In this document: in pieces, positions 49,549 through 59,684 of the stretch | Layout of the letters: each line of letters begins with the position of its first letter | Position numbering within the stretch: position 1 is the first letter of the stretch | From: Candidatus Bathyarchaeota archaeon | GTDB lineage: Archaea; Thermoproteota; Bathyarchaeia; Bathyarchaeales; Bathycorpusculaceae | Length of the DNA stretch: 64,000 nucleotides | Assembly: GCA_963827165.1 (NCBI GenBank) | Contig: CAWGZR010000005.1 | Location: 64,001-128,000 of the forward strand | Direction of reading: 5' to 3' | The notes under the pieces: model-generated | Databases searched by the model: none | What the model was told of the DNA's origin: nothing | The model's input: the letters and a program-made list of their open reading frames with translations, nothing else | Program-made: the position numbers and the translations under genes

Positions 49549-50988
49549 ATGAAAGTGACGGTTGCAGTGTTAAGTAAGCGTGGAAATAACGCAGTTGATC
49601 ATGTGGTTGAAGTGCTCAAAGAGTTCAATGAGCAATCCTTTCATTTCGGGATGGTTTCCCCCCGAAAAATCGTAATTGACAAGAACCTTGATCTACTATT
49701 CAGGCAAAGCCCTGAATCTTCAACCGCGGTTGGTTACGCTTCATCAAAACCAGCAGCAAAAGGCTACGAGTTTCTGCAGTTGAAAGAGGCATCGCTTGTC
49801 TTTCAAGGCAAAGTGTATTCGTCAATACCAAAAACCGCCGTTTTGCAGCAGCTTTCCAAAGAACCACAGCACTGCGAAACCATCCTGCAAACATTAATCG
49901 AAAAGGCCGACGGGGACTACTCGTTTCTTATGCTAAAAGACGGCTGGATTGCTACGGGTAGAGACCCAATAGGAGTTCAACCGCTTTATTACGGCGAAAA
50001 CCAAGAAGTAGCAGCTGTCGCCACAAATCGAAATGCACTGTGGAAACTTGGAGTAGAAAACCCAGTTTCTTTTCCGCCCGGAAACCTATGCTTCATAAAC
50101 CGCGAAGGCTTCCAGTTTAAACCGATCAAAAACCTGAGCTTTTCTGAACCAAAACTCATAACCTTGGATGATGCAGCTCAAAAGCTTCAGATCCTAATTG
50201 AAGAATCAATCAAGCGTCGAACACAGGATTTAAAAGAGGTCGCTGTTGCGTTTTCAGGCGGCTTAGACAGCAGCCTTGTTGCTTACTTGGCAAGCAAACG
50301 CGGGTTGAAAGTTAACCTGTTCCATGTTAGCATGGAAAACGAGGCGGAAATCGAAGAAGCCTTCGCTGCGTCAGAACAGCTGAACCTGCCGCTTCAGATG
50401 CATCTATTCAAGGATTCGGATGTGGAGAAAACTCTGCCTAAAGTGGTGGAATTGATTGAGGAGGCTGATCCAGTTAAGGCCAGTATTGGGTTGCCGTTTT
50501 TCTGGGCAGCGGAGGAGGCGGTTGAAGCGGGATTTCAAGTTATGTTGGCTGGGCAGGGCGCGGATGAACTTTTTGGGGGGTACCAACGCTACGTTGCCGA
50601 GTATTGCAAGGAGGGCAGTGAAAAGGTCTTAAAAACAATGTTTAATGATGTGATTAACATTCATTTGAGCAATCTTGAACGTGACTTGAAAGTTACGGGT
50701 TATCATGATGTAGAGCTGAGAATGCCCTTCGCTTCGTTTGATGTTGCCGAGTTCGCTATAAGGTTGCCGATTGAATGTAAAATTGAGCCCAAGCAGGATA
50801 CGTTAAGGAAACTGGTTTTGCGCAGGGTAGCATTGAATGTTGGTATGCATGGTTCGGTTGTGGATAAGCCTAAGAAAGCAGTTCAGTATTCAACGGGCGT
50901 AAATGACGCTGTGAAGCGAGTGGCGAAAAAACGCGGCGAATCCGTCAACGAATACATAGAGAAGCTTTATCAACAGTCAAGGCGCTGA
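49549..50988 (+). CDS. Asparagine synthetase-like protein (AsnB family)
   Basis: RDPIGVQPLYY, AFSGGLDSS, GQGADELFGGY, KKAVQY; no N-terminal Cys. Confidence 0.88.
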   Translation: MKVTVAVLSKRGNNAVDHVVEVLKEFNEQSFHFGMVSPRKIVIDKNLDLLFRQSPESSTAVGYASSKPAAKGYEFLQLKEASLVFQGKVYSSIPKTAVLQQLSKEPQHCETILQTLIEKADGDYSFLMLKDGWIATGRDPIGVQPLYYGENQEVAAVATNRNALWKLGVENPVSFPPGNLCFINREGFQFKPIKNLSFSEPKLITLDDAAQKLQILIEESIKRRTQDLKEVAVAFSGGLDSSLVAYLASKRGLKVNLFHVSMENEAEIEEAFAASEQLNLPLQMHLFKDSDVEKTLPKVVELIEEADPVKASIGLPFFWAAEEAVEAGFQVMLAGQGADELFGGYQRYVAEYCKEGSEKVLKTMFNDVINIHLSNLERDLKVTGYHDVELRMPFASFDVAEFAIRLPIECKIEPKQDTLRKLVLRRVALNVGMHGSVVDKPKKAVQYSTGVNDAVKRVAKKRGESVNEYIEKLYQQSRR

Positions 50989-51230
50989 AACGCAAAACAG
51001 GCCATTGACTAACCCCTTGTGGTTTTCTGTTGACTTTTATTCACTTTTTTTGAATTTTTTTAACATATTATGACTTTTGTTCACGACAGTTAACTTTAGT
51101 AGACTTTTAGGGACGGATGCTGCAGAAGATTTGAGTCCTGCCGCAAAAAAGAAACCCAAAACACAAAGAAAAAAATCTTTCCCAATAAATGAGTTAGCCT
51201 CTGGATTCGCCCATGTAATTTTAGGATTGT

Positions 51231-51302
51231 CTATAATTGTCTGAAAGTGCATAATACTGTCTGGAAGCGTATAATATTGTATGAATGCATATAATATTGT
51301 CT
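51231..51302. repeat. 20-bp-period direct repeats (ATAATATTGTCTG...)
   Basis: ataatactgt at 51251, ataatattgt at 51271 and 51291; degenerate copy at 51231. Confidence 0.75.
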
Positions 51303-51430
51303 TTTTTAGACGCAACCTACAATGAATTCAATCCCCGAATCAAGAAAGCAGCTCAAAACTCAAACAACGAAATTTGCCGCGCCAAAAAATACGGAACCAC
51401 CTCTCACAAGTCAGCGGTCTTATTTTGTAT

Positions 51431-51490
51431 TTTTTAGACTTTTTGAGATGTTTTGGGATGTTTCGAGATGTTTTAAGATGTTTTGGGAGA
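51431..51490. repeat. 10-bp tandem repeat (TTTTGRGATG) x5-6
   Basis: ttttgagatg ttttgggatg tttcgagatg ttttaagatg ttttgggaga. Confidence 0.85.
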
Positions 51491-51618
51491 CTAGTTGCAA
51501 TCAAATCAAGCACCAAACCGAAAAACCAACCCAAAACAAACCCAAAATTTTTTCGCGGAAAAATGAAGGGCTATCATTTATGCCAATAAAAACGTCACGG
51601 AAATGGGTTTCTGCCAAA

Positions 51619-52938
51619 CTAAGGCGTTAATCTTACCCTGTCGCGGGGATATAACGTGACTTCTCTTATGTTCTTTTTACCAGTCATGATCATGGTTAAC
51701 CGTTCAAGCCCGATAGCCCATCCTGCGTGCGGTGGCATGCCGTAATCAAACGCTTGTAAATGATGCTTAAACGATTCAGGGTTCAAGCCTTTCTCGCTCA
51801 TCCGCGCCATCAGTTGCTCCTTGCTGGAGATTCGTGTGCCGCCTGACACAAGCTCTATGTAGCGCCACATCAAATCGAAGCCTTCACAAACCTCGGGTTT
51901 GTCTGCGCGCGGTTTGATGTAGAAGGCTTTTGCGTGGGTTGGCCAGTCGGTTATGAAGTAGAAGTAGGGGTAGAGTTTGCCTATTGTGCGGAAGGCTTCT
52001 GTGGGGATGTCTTCGCCCCATGGAATTGTAACGCCCTGCCCTTTGAGGTCATCTAGGACTTGGTCGTAGGTTAAGCGTTTAAACGGTACTTCAGGTACTT
52101 CAAATCGGTATTTTAGAGTGGAAAGCTCTGATTTACATTTCTCTCGAACCTTAACACATGCATGATGAATAACTTGCTCAAGCAACGCCATGACTTCTTT
52201 GGCGTCAGCAAAAGCCGCCTCAACATCAACAGATGTGAACTCACTCAGATGCCTACGAGTATGAGATTCCTCTGCCCTGAAAAACGGACCTACCTCGAAA
52301 ACCTTCTCAAAACTCATCGTTAACTCTTCTTTGTAAAGTTGCGGGCTCTGCGCAAGATACGCTTTTTGCCCAAAATAGTCAACACAAAAAAGCTCCGCAC
52401 CACCCTCCGTCGCCGAACCAATGATGCGTGGCGTGTGAACTTCCAAAAAACCCTTCTCAAAAAGGTAACTTCGAATCGCTTCGAGAGCTACGTGTTGAAT
52501 TTTGAAGGCAGCTAAGCTCTTCTCCATAGTAAGATCAAGCGCTCGAGCGTCTAATCGCGTTTCAATGTTGGCAGGTGTTTTTCCAGTAATGTCAATGGGC
52601 AACTGTTCCGTGGCAGCACTCAAGATCTTAATAGCGTTTGGAATAACTTCGACTCCACGGGGGGTCATAGTTGTTTTTTTGACCGTCCCCTTCACGGCTA
52701 AACTGAATCTTTTCTGCAGAAGATCCGATTTGGCGAGAACTTCAGGCAGGATCCTTTTTTTAGGGATAGTGACTTGAATGGTTCCTTCGCGGTCCTGCAT
52801 TATGATAAAACGTATACCGCCAAGGTCACGTATTTCCTGTACCCAACCGAAAAGCGTCACCTCGCCCCCGTCGTTTTCAGGATTCACATTACATGTATAA
52901 TGTGTTCTATACCAGTCGCCAACAGAGTCTAAATCCAT
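51619..52938 (-). CDS. aspS: Aspartyl-tRNA synthetase (archaeal type)
   Basis: GWVQEIRDLG, TEGGAELF, AQSPQLYK, FRAEES.T.RH, GMPPHAG.AIGLER. Confidence 0.96.
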   Translation of the reverse strand: MDLDSVGDWYRTHYTCNVNPENDGGEVTLFGWVQEIRDLGGIRFIIMQDREGTIQVTIPKKRILPEVLAKSDLLQKRFSLAVKGTVKKTTMTPRGVEVIPNAIKILSAATEQLPIDITGKTPANIETRLDARALDLTMEKSLAAFKIQHVALEAIRSYLFEKGFLEVHTPRIIGSATEGGAELFCVDYFGQKAYLAQSPQLYKEELTMSFEKVFEVGPFFRAEESHTRRHLSEFTSVDVEAAFADAKEVMALLEQVIHHACVKVREKCKSELSTLKYRFEVPEVPFKRLTYDQVLDDLKGQGVTIPWGEDIPTEAFRTIGKLYPYFYFITDWPTHAKAFYIKPRADKPEVCEGFDLMWRYIELVSGGTRISSKEQLMARMSEKGLNPESFKHHLQAFDYGMPPHAGWAIGLERLTMIMTGKKNIREVTLYPRDRVRLTP

Positions 52939-52955
52939 GCCGATCGCCAACACCC

Positions 52956-53465
52956 TTAATCCGCGATTTCAACGCGTAAGGACATTTTACGTACTTTACT
53001 GGCAATTTCCTTTAAAGCTTTAACGTCATAAGGCATCTGCGCGCCACGTTTGCGCTTAAGAATCACCCGGGTCTCAGTTGTGCCATCTGGAAGCCAAATC
53101 GTGTTGATTGTTAATATGCTGAAAGGAATGAACAGGTCTTCAAGAAATTTGCGGTCATCAACACCGTTTTCCAGAACCTTAATGTTTCTACCTGTCTCAT
53201 CGCCTATGGTCTTCACGATTTTTCCACTATATCCCAAGAGTTTAGGAACATCGCCGTGACCGACGATGATGGCTAAGGTTTTATCTACATCAACTGCCTT
53301 GTAGAAGCAGACGTTTTGCAGGCTAGGATACTTGTCTTCAAGCGACAAAAGCAAACGCGCGATTTTGAGGTCTACCTCGCTGATCTCGCCTGCTTTAACT
53401 TTAGCTGAACACTTCTGACATAACATTCCGCTTTTCAAGCAGAAACTGCATAGTTCGGTTTTCAT
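52956..53465 (-). CDS. NusA-like KH protein with N-terminal Cys motif
   Basis: CSFCLKSGMLCQKC, KH-like LLGYSGKIVK; ATG at 53465. Confidence 0.8.
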   Translation of the reverse strand: MKTELCSFCLKSGMLCQKCSAKVKAGEISEVDLKIARLLLSLEDKYPSLQNVCFYKAVDVDKTLAIIVGHGDVPKLLGYSGKIVKTIGDETGRNIKVLENGVDDRKFLEDLFIPFSILTINTIWLPDGTTETRVILKRKRGAQMPYDVKALKEIASKVRKMSLRVEIAD

Positions 53466-53510
53466 TGCTTGTCTGTTTTCCTGCAAATAAGGAGTTTCGC
53501 TAATGCGTAC

Positions 53511-53789
53511 CTACCTAATCAACGTTATTTCAATTGTGCTCACGTTAGTCGTCGAGTTCCCTTCTTCCTGTGGAAGCATCTGATCCGTCCCGATTCCGAT
53601 ACATTTGATCTTTACCTCGGGAAGAAACCTGTGCCTAACAACCTCGGCAACATCTATTGCCCGGCTGATGGATCTCCCCCGTGCTTTGATGCTCACTTCT
53701 TTAGCGCCGCCATGGAAGAACGTGAGGCATGCAAGGACATAGTTCATTATCGGCTTTTTCCCAATTAAGACCGCGTTGACTTCGGGCAC
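53511..53789 (-). CDS. albA: Chromatin protein Alba
   Basis: [34 protein letters not shown]. Confidence 0.96.
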   Translation of the reverse strand: MPEVNAVLIGKKPIMNYVLACLTFFHGGAKEVSIKARGRSISRAIDVAEVVRHRFLPEVKIKCIGIGTDQMLPQEEGNSTTNVSTIEITLIR

Positions 53790-54047
53790 GCCTTCGCTTC
53801 ACTCCTAGTTTACTTTTTAAGTGGCTTGAGTAAAGATTTCTTTGAAAATAAATAGGTTGTGGTGCAAGCTTTGAGTTATTGCTGAAAATTTGCAAATTAG
53901 ATTTTTCAAGCGCCTGTTTGCTTGTTTTTGATCACTGATTGATTCTTAATTTTTTCGAGGCTGTATCTTCCCTGATCAGTTTCAAGCATCAAATTCTTAA
54001 GTAACTTCACACTATTGTAAAGATTTAACTTAACAAACATCACATAA

Positions 54048-54515
54048 GTGACCAAATTGGAACCACTAACTAAACGTTCAATTCAACTTCTAAAGACCCT
54101 CTACGAAAAAGGAAAATCCACAAACACTTACACATTAAGAGTAAAACAGGACGAGTTATCGAGCCAATTAGGCGTAAGCAGGCAAGCGTTAAACGTGCAT
54201 CTGCGTAAGCTTAAAAGCCGCGGTTACATCCGCACGGGCAGGGGCTTTATCGACGTCACCGACAAAGGCCTCAACGCACTGGGGATTTCGACAACCCCCG
54301 CTTTTATTCTTCTAAAGGTTTCGCCGATCAGGCGGATACATGTTTATGACCAGATCCGGGAACTTGCGGTTTCCAGAGCTTTCCGCATAGCTGGAGAGGT
54401 AGACGCATTAATCATTGTTGAACGTGATAATTTGGACGATGTCCTCAAGAAACTTTACGGCATAGATGGAATAGAAGATACCCGATCATACGTTACAATC
54501 GAAGAAATTAAATAG
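54048..54515 (+). CDS. Lrp/AsnC-family transcriptional regulator
   Basis: HTH QDELSSQLGVSRQAL; RAM-like C-domain RIAGEVD. Confidence 0.85.
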   Translation: MTKLEPLTKRSIQLLKTLYEKGKSTNTYTLRVKQDELSSQLGVSRQALNVHLRKLKSRGYIRTGRGFIDVTDKGLNALGISTTPAFILLKVSPIRRIHVYDQIRELAVSRAFRIAGEVDALIIVERDNLDDVLKKLYGIDGIEDTRSYVTIEEIK

Positions 54516-54609
54516 CAATCTCCACCCGACAAAACGTAGGCTAAGACAAAAAGGTATATTTGATACCTAAGCATCAAAGAGTTAGCCAAAATAGAAGGTT
54601 AACAATAAA

Positions 54610-54771
54610 ATGCCGATATTAGATCCCGTCAAGAAAGCCATCGCACAAAAGCACAGGCTTTACATGAAAATCTGCAGAGACTGCGGCGCAAGAAACGCTG
54701 AAACTGCGGTTAAATGCAGAAAATGCAAAGGTAAGAACCTGCGCTGGAAGAAACGAGAAATAGTAAAGTAA
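54610..54771 (+). CDS. rpl40e: 50S ribosomal protein eL40 (not in ORF track)
   Basis: MPILDP...KICRDCGARN...KCRKC..KNLRWKKRE. Confidence 0.93.
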   Translation: MPILDPVKKAIAQKHRLYMKICRDCGARNAETAVKCRKCKGKNLRWKKREIVK

Positions 54772-55143
54772 TCGTTCAACTTTCTTTAGTTCCATTTTTG
54801 CAGATTAGCCGAGCCGCCAATTATCAGGATAAAGCGCTCAGTCTCATCTGCCCAGACAGCGTTTGCATTAACCACGGCTAAAAGTTCTCGAAACTCGTGG
54901 CGCGGTAAGAAGTTTCTGTTCTAACGAACCTCAGTTTCGGGACAATGGAAATCTCTTAGTTTTAGTTAAAGGGAATTATAGATCCTTCAGATTTTTCTTT
55001 GCAGAAATACCCTCATAAGCCCGATCCGAGAGACTTAATCTGTGTCCTTTTCAAGGTAATTTACATCCGGCATTATTGGGGAGGCTAAAATCGTTAGGCT
55101 TTGTTAAAATCAAAGGTTACATGTAAGATCTCAGGCTTTCAGA

Positions 55144-55758
55144 TTAAAGCACTTTTACAAGGCTTTCGAGATTAAAAATCGTGTTCGCGCAACCGTTCTT
55201 CAGCAAGGGAACAGATTGCCAAGCGACACCTAAGCTACTTAGCTTTTCTCCTGACATCACCACCTCTGGACCACAAGCAACGCCCACCACCCCTTCGTAT
55301 CTGTTTTGCTTCAAAATTTTGGGCATACAAGAGCCGCCAGACAGGACGTAAACGTCATATCCTTTTTCCTTCGCTAAGTGTTCCGCTTTATTTACGTAGC
55401 AGTCGGATGAGCAGTGAGCGCAAATGAAAGAGGTCAAGTTTGGATCAAAGGTTGCTTGGCATCGACTATCCATGTATTTTCGGCTACAGTGCGGAAGAAG
55501 CAAGGCTCTTTTCTTGGTCCGCGAGAATTCTTCTTTCTGGACTAAATTCAAAGTTTGCATTTTGACGAGGTCTTGAATCAACAATGCTGCATCTTGGATG
55601 TTCAGTCCTGTGACTTCCTGAATTTTGAATTTCCTGATTAATCCCTGGAGGGTCTTCTCAAGGACTTTCTGCATACCCATTTGATTACCGATAACTGCTA
55701 GCTCCACGAAAAAGTGTTGGGGAGCCTTAGAAATGTCGAAAGTGAATTTATAGGGCAT
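55144..55758 (-). CDS. DUF116-family protein (paralog A)
   Basis: LLLPHC, CAHC..DC, GGS, GVAC, L.KNGC.NT. Confidence 0.88.
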   Translation of the reverse strand: MPYKFTFDISKAPQHFFVELAVIGNQMGMQKVLEKTLQGLIRKFKIQEVTGLNIQDAALLIQDLVKMQTLNLVQKEEFSRTKKRALLLPHCSRKYMDSRCQATFDPNLTSFICAHCSSDCYVNKAEHLAKEKGYDVYVLSGGSCMPKILKQNRYEGVVGVACGPEVVMSGEKLSSLGVAWQSVPLLKNGCANTIFNLESLVKVL

Positions 55759-55934
55759 AAATCAAGATGAATAAGGAGCCAAACTTAAAAAAATATCCCC
55801 TTGCCAACTATACAAACTCGAGCGTGAGTTTGGTGCAAAAAACCCCTCTCTTTCAGTGTCTAAAAGTCTTGCCCCAATCGTAAAGTGTTTCTGAAAAGTA
55901 AAATGAGTTGATCCGCACAAGTCCTACTCTGCAG

Positions 55935-56549
55935 CTACAGAACCTTGGCGAGGCTTTCCATGTTAAAAATCGTGTTTGAACACCCATTCTTGAGCAATGG
56001 AATAGCTTGCCCAGCGACATGCATACTATCTAAAAGCGGACGCAACATTTTCATTTCCTCTCCACAAGCAATTCCAACCACCCCTTCGTATCGTGTATTC
56101 TTAAGGATATTAGGAACGCAGGAACCGCCAGGCACCACGTAAACGTCGTAGCCTTTTTGTCGAGCTAAGCGGTCAGACTGGTTGACGAGGCAGTCTTCTG
56201 AACAATGAGCACATGAATAAGATGGAATATTTGAGTCAAAAACTGCTTTGCAGCGACCATCCAAATACTTTCTGCTGCAGTGAGAAAGAAACAGAGCCCT
56301 TTTCTTGGTCTGCAAGAATTTTCCGCGCTCAATCAAGTTCACAGCTTGCAAATCAATCAAGTCTTGCAGCAAAACTAAAGAGTCAGAAAGGTTTAGTCCA
56401 GTTGCTTCTTGGATTCTGAATCTCAAGATTATTTCTTGAAGTCGCTTAATCAATGTTTTATGCATGCCCTTCTGGTAGCTTACCGTTGCAATTTCGGTGA
56501 AGAAGAAAAGCGGGACCTTTGACAGATCGAAGGTAAACTTATAGGGCAT
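55935..56549 (-). CDS. DUF116-family protein (paralog B)
   Basis: Same motifs as paralog A; both begin MPYKFTFD. Confidence 0.88.
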   Translation of the reverse strand: MPYKFTFDLSKVPLFFFTEIATVSYQKGMHKTLIKRLQEIILRFRIQEATGLNLSDSLVLLQDLIDLQAVNLIERGKFLQTKKRALFLSHCSRKYLDGRCKAVFDSNIPSYSCAHCSEDCLVNQSDRLARQKGYDVYVVPGGSCVPNILKNTRYEGVVGIACGEEMKMLRPLLDSMHVAGQAIPLLKNGCSNTIFNMESLAKVL

Positions 56550-56615
56550 ATGCATAGGTAAGCTAGCAGGCTGCTTAAAAAAATAACTGTGTCAATCGAA
56601 GATAATTCGAGAAGA

Positions 56616-56852
56616 TTAGTTTTTCTCGTCGTTTGAGCCTAAAAAGTCTCGTAGGCCTTTGAGCTCGTCTCGGAGCTGTTTTACTTCGTCTTCGAGACTG
56701 CTGGCTCTTTCTTCGGCGTCACGTTTAGCCTTCTCAAGATTTGTTAATAGTTCAGGCTCAGAATCAAACGCCTCAAGCTTTTGCTGCAAATCAGCTAGGC
56801 TGTTCTTGAGTCCAATCTGTATTTCTCTAAGCTTGCAAACCAACTCGTCCAT
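56616..56852 (-). CDS. Small coiled-coil protein
   Basis: Heptad pattern; start uncertain (56852 or 56906). Confidence 0.65.
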   Translation of the reverse strand: MDELVCKLREIQIGLKNSLADLQQKLEAFDSEPELLTNLEKAKRDAEERASSLEDEVKQLRDELKGLRDFLGSNDEKN

Positions 56853-56935
56853 TTTCGGGTCTTGCACTGTTTTTCTGTTAGACTTCGCCACAGCCCACAA
56901 CCCCACCGTAGCAGATCTAAAATGAGATGATACGG

Positions 56936-57901
56936 TTAGATGCTTATTTGGAACATCAACCGTTCAACGAGTTCTTTGTATCTGTTTCTAATAGTGACCT
57001 CAGTTACCTGTGCGATTTCAGCGATTTCCCTTTGGGTTTTCCTTTCCCCTGTCAAAACGGATGCTACGTAACTTGCTGCCGCTGCTATACCTGTTGGGCC
57101 TCTACCTGATGTGAGTTTAAGTTCTTTTGCTGCAGCGAGAATTTTATGTGCGATTTCTTCAACTTTGCCTTGCATAGTCAATTGGTTGGAAAACTTTGTT
57201 ATGTATTGACTTGGTCTCAACGGCGGAATCGAATAGTCTAGTTCTCTTATTAGGAAACGGTAGCTTCTTCCAACTTCTTTCTTGTTCACATTTGACGCTT
57301 GAGCGATTTCATCCAAGGTGCGGGGCAACGCACATTGTCTGCAGGCTAAGTAAAGTGCTGCCGAAGTGACACCTTGAATTGACCTACCTCGAATCAGACG
57401 TTCTTTAACCGCTTTTCGGTAGATCACTGAGGCTGTTTCAAGAATGTTTTTTGGCAGATTCAAGTTATTTGAAATCTTGGTTATTTCAGAGAGGGCAAAC
57501 GCCAAGTTTCTCTCTGTCGCATCCGAAACTCTGATGCGTCTTTGCCATTTTCTGAGACGATAAACCTGCGCTTTCTGGCCTGGTGAGAGGCTTTTACCGT
57601 AAATGTCTCGGTCATGCCAATCAATGGTTGTAGACAAACCCTTATCATGGATGGTATAGGTTAGGGGTGCTCCAACCCTGGTTCTTTTCGACCTCTGCTC
57701 ATCGTCAAACGCCCTCCATTCAGGTCCTCGGTCAGCTATTTTCTGCTGCACGACGAAGCCGCAATCCATGCACACTATTTCAGCTTGCTCATAGTCGCGC
57801 ATCAGACGGGTGCTGCCGCATTCAGGGCATGGCTGGGTCTTTGGAGGCTCTGTTTTTGCAGATTGGTCGGGCTCTTCATGTATCTTGGTGTCGCCAATCA
57901 T
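56936..57901 (-). CDS. tfb: Transcription initiation factor IIB
   Basis: CPECGS...CMDCG, GPEWRAF, cyclin repeats, [12 protein letters not shown]. Confidence 0.97.
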   Translation of the reverse strand: MIGDTKIHEEPDQSAKTEPPKTQPCPECGSTRLMRDYEQAEIVCMDCGFVVQQKIADRGPEWRAFDDEQRSKRTRVGAPLTYTIHDKGLSTTIDWHDRDIYGKSLSPGQKAQVYRLRKWQRRIRVSDATERNLAFALSEITKISNNLNLPKNILETASVIYRKAVKERLIRGRSIQGVTSAALYLACRQCALPRTLDEIAQASNVNKKEVGRSYRFLIRELDYSIPPLRPSQYITKFSNQLTMQGKVEEIAHKILAAAKELKLTSGRGPTGIAAAASYVASVLTGERKTQREIAEIAQVTEVTIRNRYKELVERLMFQISI

Positions 57902-58149
57902 TCATTTAGGCTCCTCTTTGTCTTCGAGAAGAGCAAGTATACTGGCTTATTCAATAGGTTAACCGGTTCACTCACTACCGGCTTAACGACTGCATAAGGA
58001 GCGGACACCGGACCGATGATATCAAATACTTTACCGATCACTTTGAGGTTTTCATCAACAACTTCTGTGCCGATCTTGGGAGCTTTTTCCGTCTTTACAA
58101 TAATGTTTTTAGATGGAGTTAACGCCCGCACTCTACCTAATTTTTGCAA
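57898..58149 (-). CDS. gar1: H/ACA RNP protein Gar1
   Basis: [13 protein letters not shown]; conserved position upstream of tfb. Confidence 0.88.
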   Translation of the reverse strand: MQKLGRVRALTPSKNIIVKTEKAPKIGTEVVDENLKVIGKVFDIIGPVSAPYAVVKPVVSEPVNLLNKPVYLLFSKTKRSLNE

Positions 58150-58316
58150 CTGCGCAATTCCCCTCTCGAAAACATGATGGTGACCGTAGATGTTTATTTA
58201 AAGCTTTCTAAAGTGTTTATAAGGGGTACGCTAATTCTGCGCATTTTCCAGTCGAAAGCTTCTTAAAGAAGAAGTGCGGATAAAATTGTGCCTTAAAAGG
58301 GTGAGGCTAAGAAAAA

Positions 58317-58697
58317 ATGTCTAAACCGTTTTATGTAAAATATGAAGTACCGAAAGAAATCGTAGATGCAGCCTATGAAGCCCTATCTATTGCTTCCAAA
58401 ACAGGAGTAGTTAGGAAAGGAACAAACGAAGCAACAAAAGCTGTTGAACGATCCCAAGCAAAACTTGTTATAATAGCCGAAGATGTTGACCCACCGGAAG
58501 TAGTAGCGCATCTACCGCTTCTCTGCGACGAAAGAAAAATTCCATACGTTTTCGTCCCCGAAAAACTCAAGCTAGGCAACGCGCTAGGCATCGACGTCCC
58601 ATGCGCTGCAGCATGCATACTCAGGGAAGGCGAAGCCACAGGATTAATCAAAGAAATCATCACTCGGATTGACCAGGTTAAACGAGGATCTCAGTAA
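58317..58697 (+). CDS. rpl7ae: Ribosomal protein L7Ae (eL8)
   Basis: [26 protein letters not shown]. Confidence 0.97.
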   Translation: MSKPFYVKYEVPKEIVDAAYEALSIASKTGVVRKGTNEATKAVERSQAKLVIIAEDVDPPEVVAHLPLLCDERKIPYVFVPEKLKLGNALGIDVPCAAACILREGEATGLIKEIITRIDQVKRGSQ

Positions 58698-58915
58698 TGA
58701 GCAAAGAATCGGCTGAAGAACTTATTCCGTCTGAAGTTATCCAAATCATAGGCCGAACCGGCGTTACCGGCGAAATCACTCAGGTTCGAGTGCGCATCAT
58801 GGAAGGTAAAGACAAGGGCAGAATCATAACACGCAACGTTAAAGGACCAGTGAGAGTGCAAGATATTCTGATGCTGAGAGAAACAGAAAGAGAAGCAAAG
58901 AAAATCACCAGGTAA
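58697..58915 (+). CDS. rps28e: Ribosomal protein eS28
   Basis: [21 protein letters not shown]. Confidence 0.96.
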   Translation: MSKESAEELIPSEVIQIIGRTGVTGEITQVRVRIMEGKDKGRIITRNVKGPVRVQDILMLRETEREAKKITR

Positions 58916-58936
58916 ATTGTTTAGGAGAAAATTTCC

Positions 58937-59134
58937 ATGCCGAAAAACCGTAAATGTTCGTTCTGTGGCGCTGATTTCCCAGCTGGCACAGGCATGATGT
59001 TCGTAAAAAACGACGGGTCAATCCTATGGTTCGATTCGGGCAAATGCAAGAAAAGCTCTTTGCTATTCAAACGGGACGCACGCAAACTAAAATGGACCAA
59101 GTACTTCGGTAAAGAAGAGAAAGGCAAAGGTTAA
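58937..59134 (+). CDS. rpl24e: Ribosomal protein eL24
   Basis: CSFCG..F..GTG.M.V..DG, KLKWT. Confidence 0.95.
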   Translation: MPKNRKCSFCGADFPAGTGMMFVKNDGSILWFDSGKCKKSSLLFKRDARKLKWTKYFGKEEKGKG

Positions 59135-59236
59135 GCTTCGTCTTCTCCGCTCCATCATTTTTTTAACTTCATTTTTATTCGGATTTCAACTTAACCTTTA
59201 TTTTCACCGGCCGCTTTATTCAATTTTGGTGCTCTC

Positions 59237-59545
59237 TTGCCGGTTTTCCGAACAAAGAAAGAACCATTCGAATGGCTAAAGACAGGTAGAAAAACAATAG
59301 ATGTCAGAAAAGGAGAGCTATTGCGTGGAGAAATCGCGGTTTTTCTTTCGGGTCGAAACGTTCTGCGAATGAAGATAACAAAAAGGGAAACCGGGAAGAT
59401 TAACGAAATCGTGCGGGCTGACAATTTCAGGTTAGTTATTCCTTCAGCCGTCACCATTGAAGAGGCGGTTGCATATTTGGCACGGCTTTACGATGGATAC
59501 GTAGGCATTTACGCTGCGTATCATGTTGCGCCAATGGTTTATTGA
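59237..59545 (+). CDS. ASCH-domain protein
   Basis: FEWLKTGRKTIDVR (GxKxxExR-like). Confidence 0.7.
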   Translation: MPVFRTKKEPFEWLKTGRKTIDVRKGELLRGEIAVFLSGRNVLRMKITKRETGKINEIVRADNFRLVIPSAVTIEEAVAYLARLYDGYVGIYAAYHVAPMVY

Positions 59546-59684
59546 GTTTTCAAACACTGAAAGGGCATTTTATAACAGGCAGGCTCGGTCGAAATTGTTA
59601 CGCTTTTAGTAATGAACATAATGAAAACGTAACGCTTAAATATCATCATAAACTGATTATTTCAGTCAAAATGAGGAATTCGGA

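Noticed and set aside
51037-51630. ORFs 51037-51315, 51322-51630, 51340-51534 and 51374-51589
   Set aside because: Low-complexity translations of repeats and A/T tracts with no motifs.
54780-55140. Possible gene remnant or RNA downstream of rpl40e
   Set aside because: Only short stop-interrupted frames and no recognisable fold.
58290-58316. K-turn autoregulatory element in the rpl7ae leader
   Set aside because: Only a short GCCT/AGGC hairpin over the SD; no clear tandem G-A pairs.
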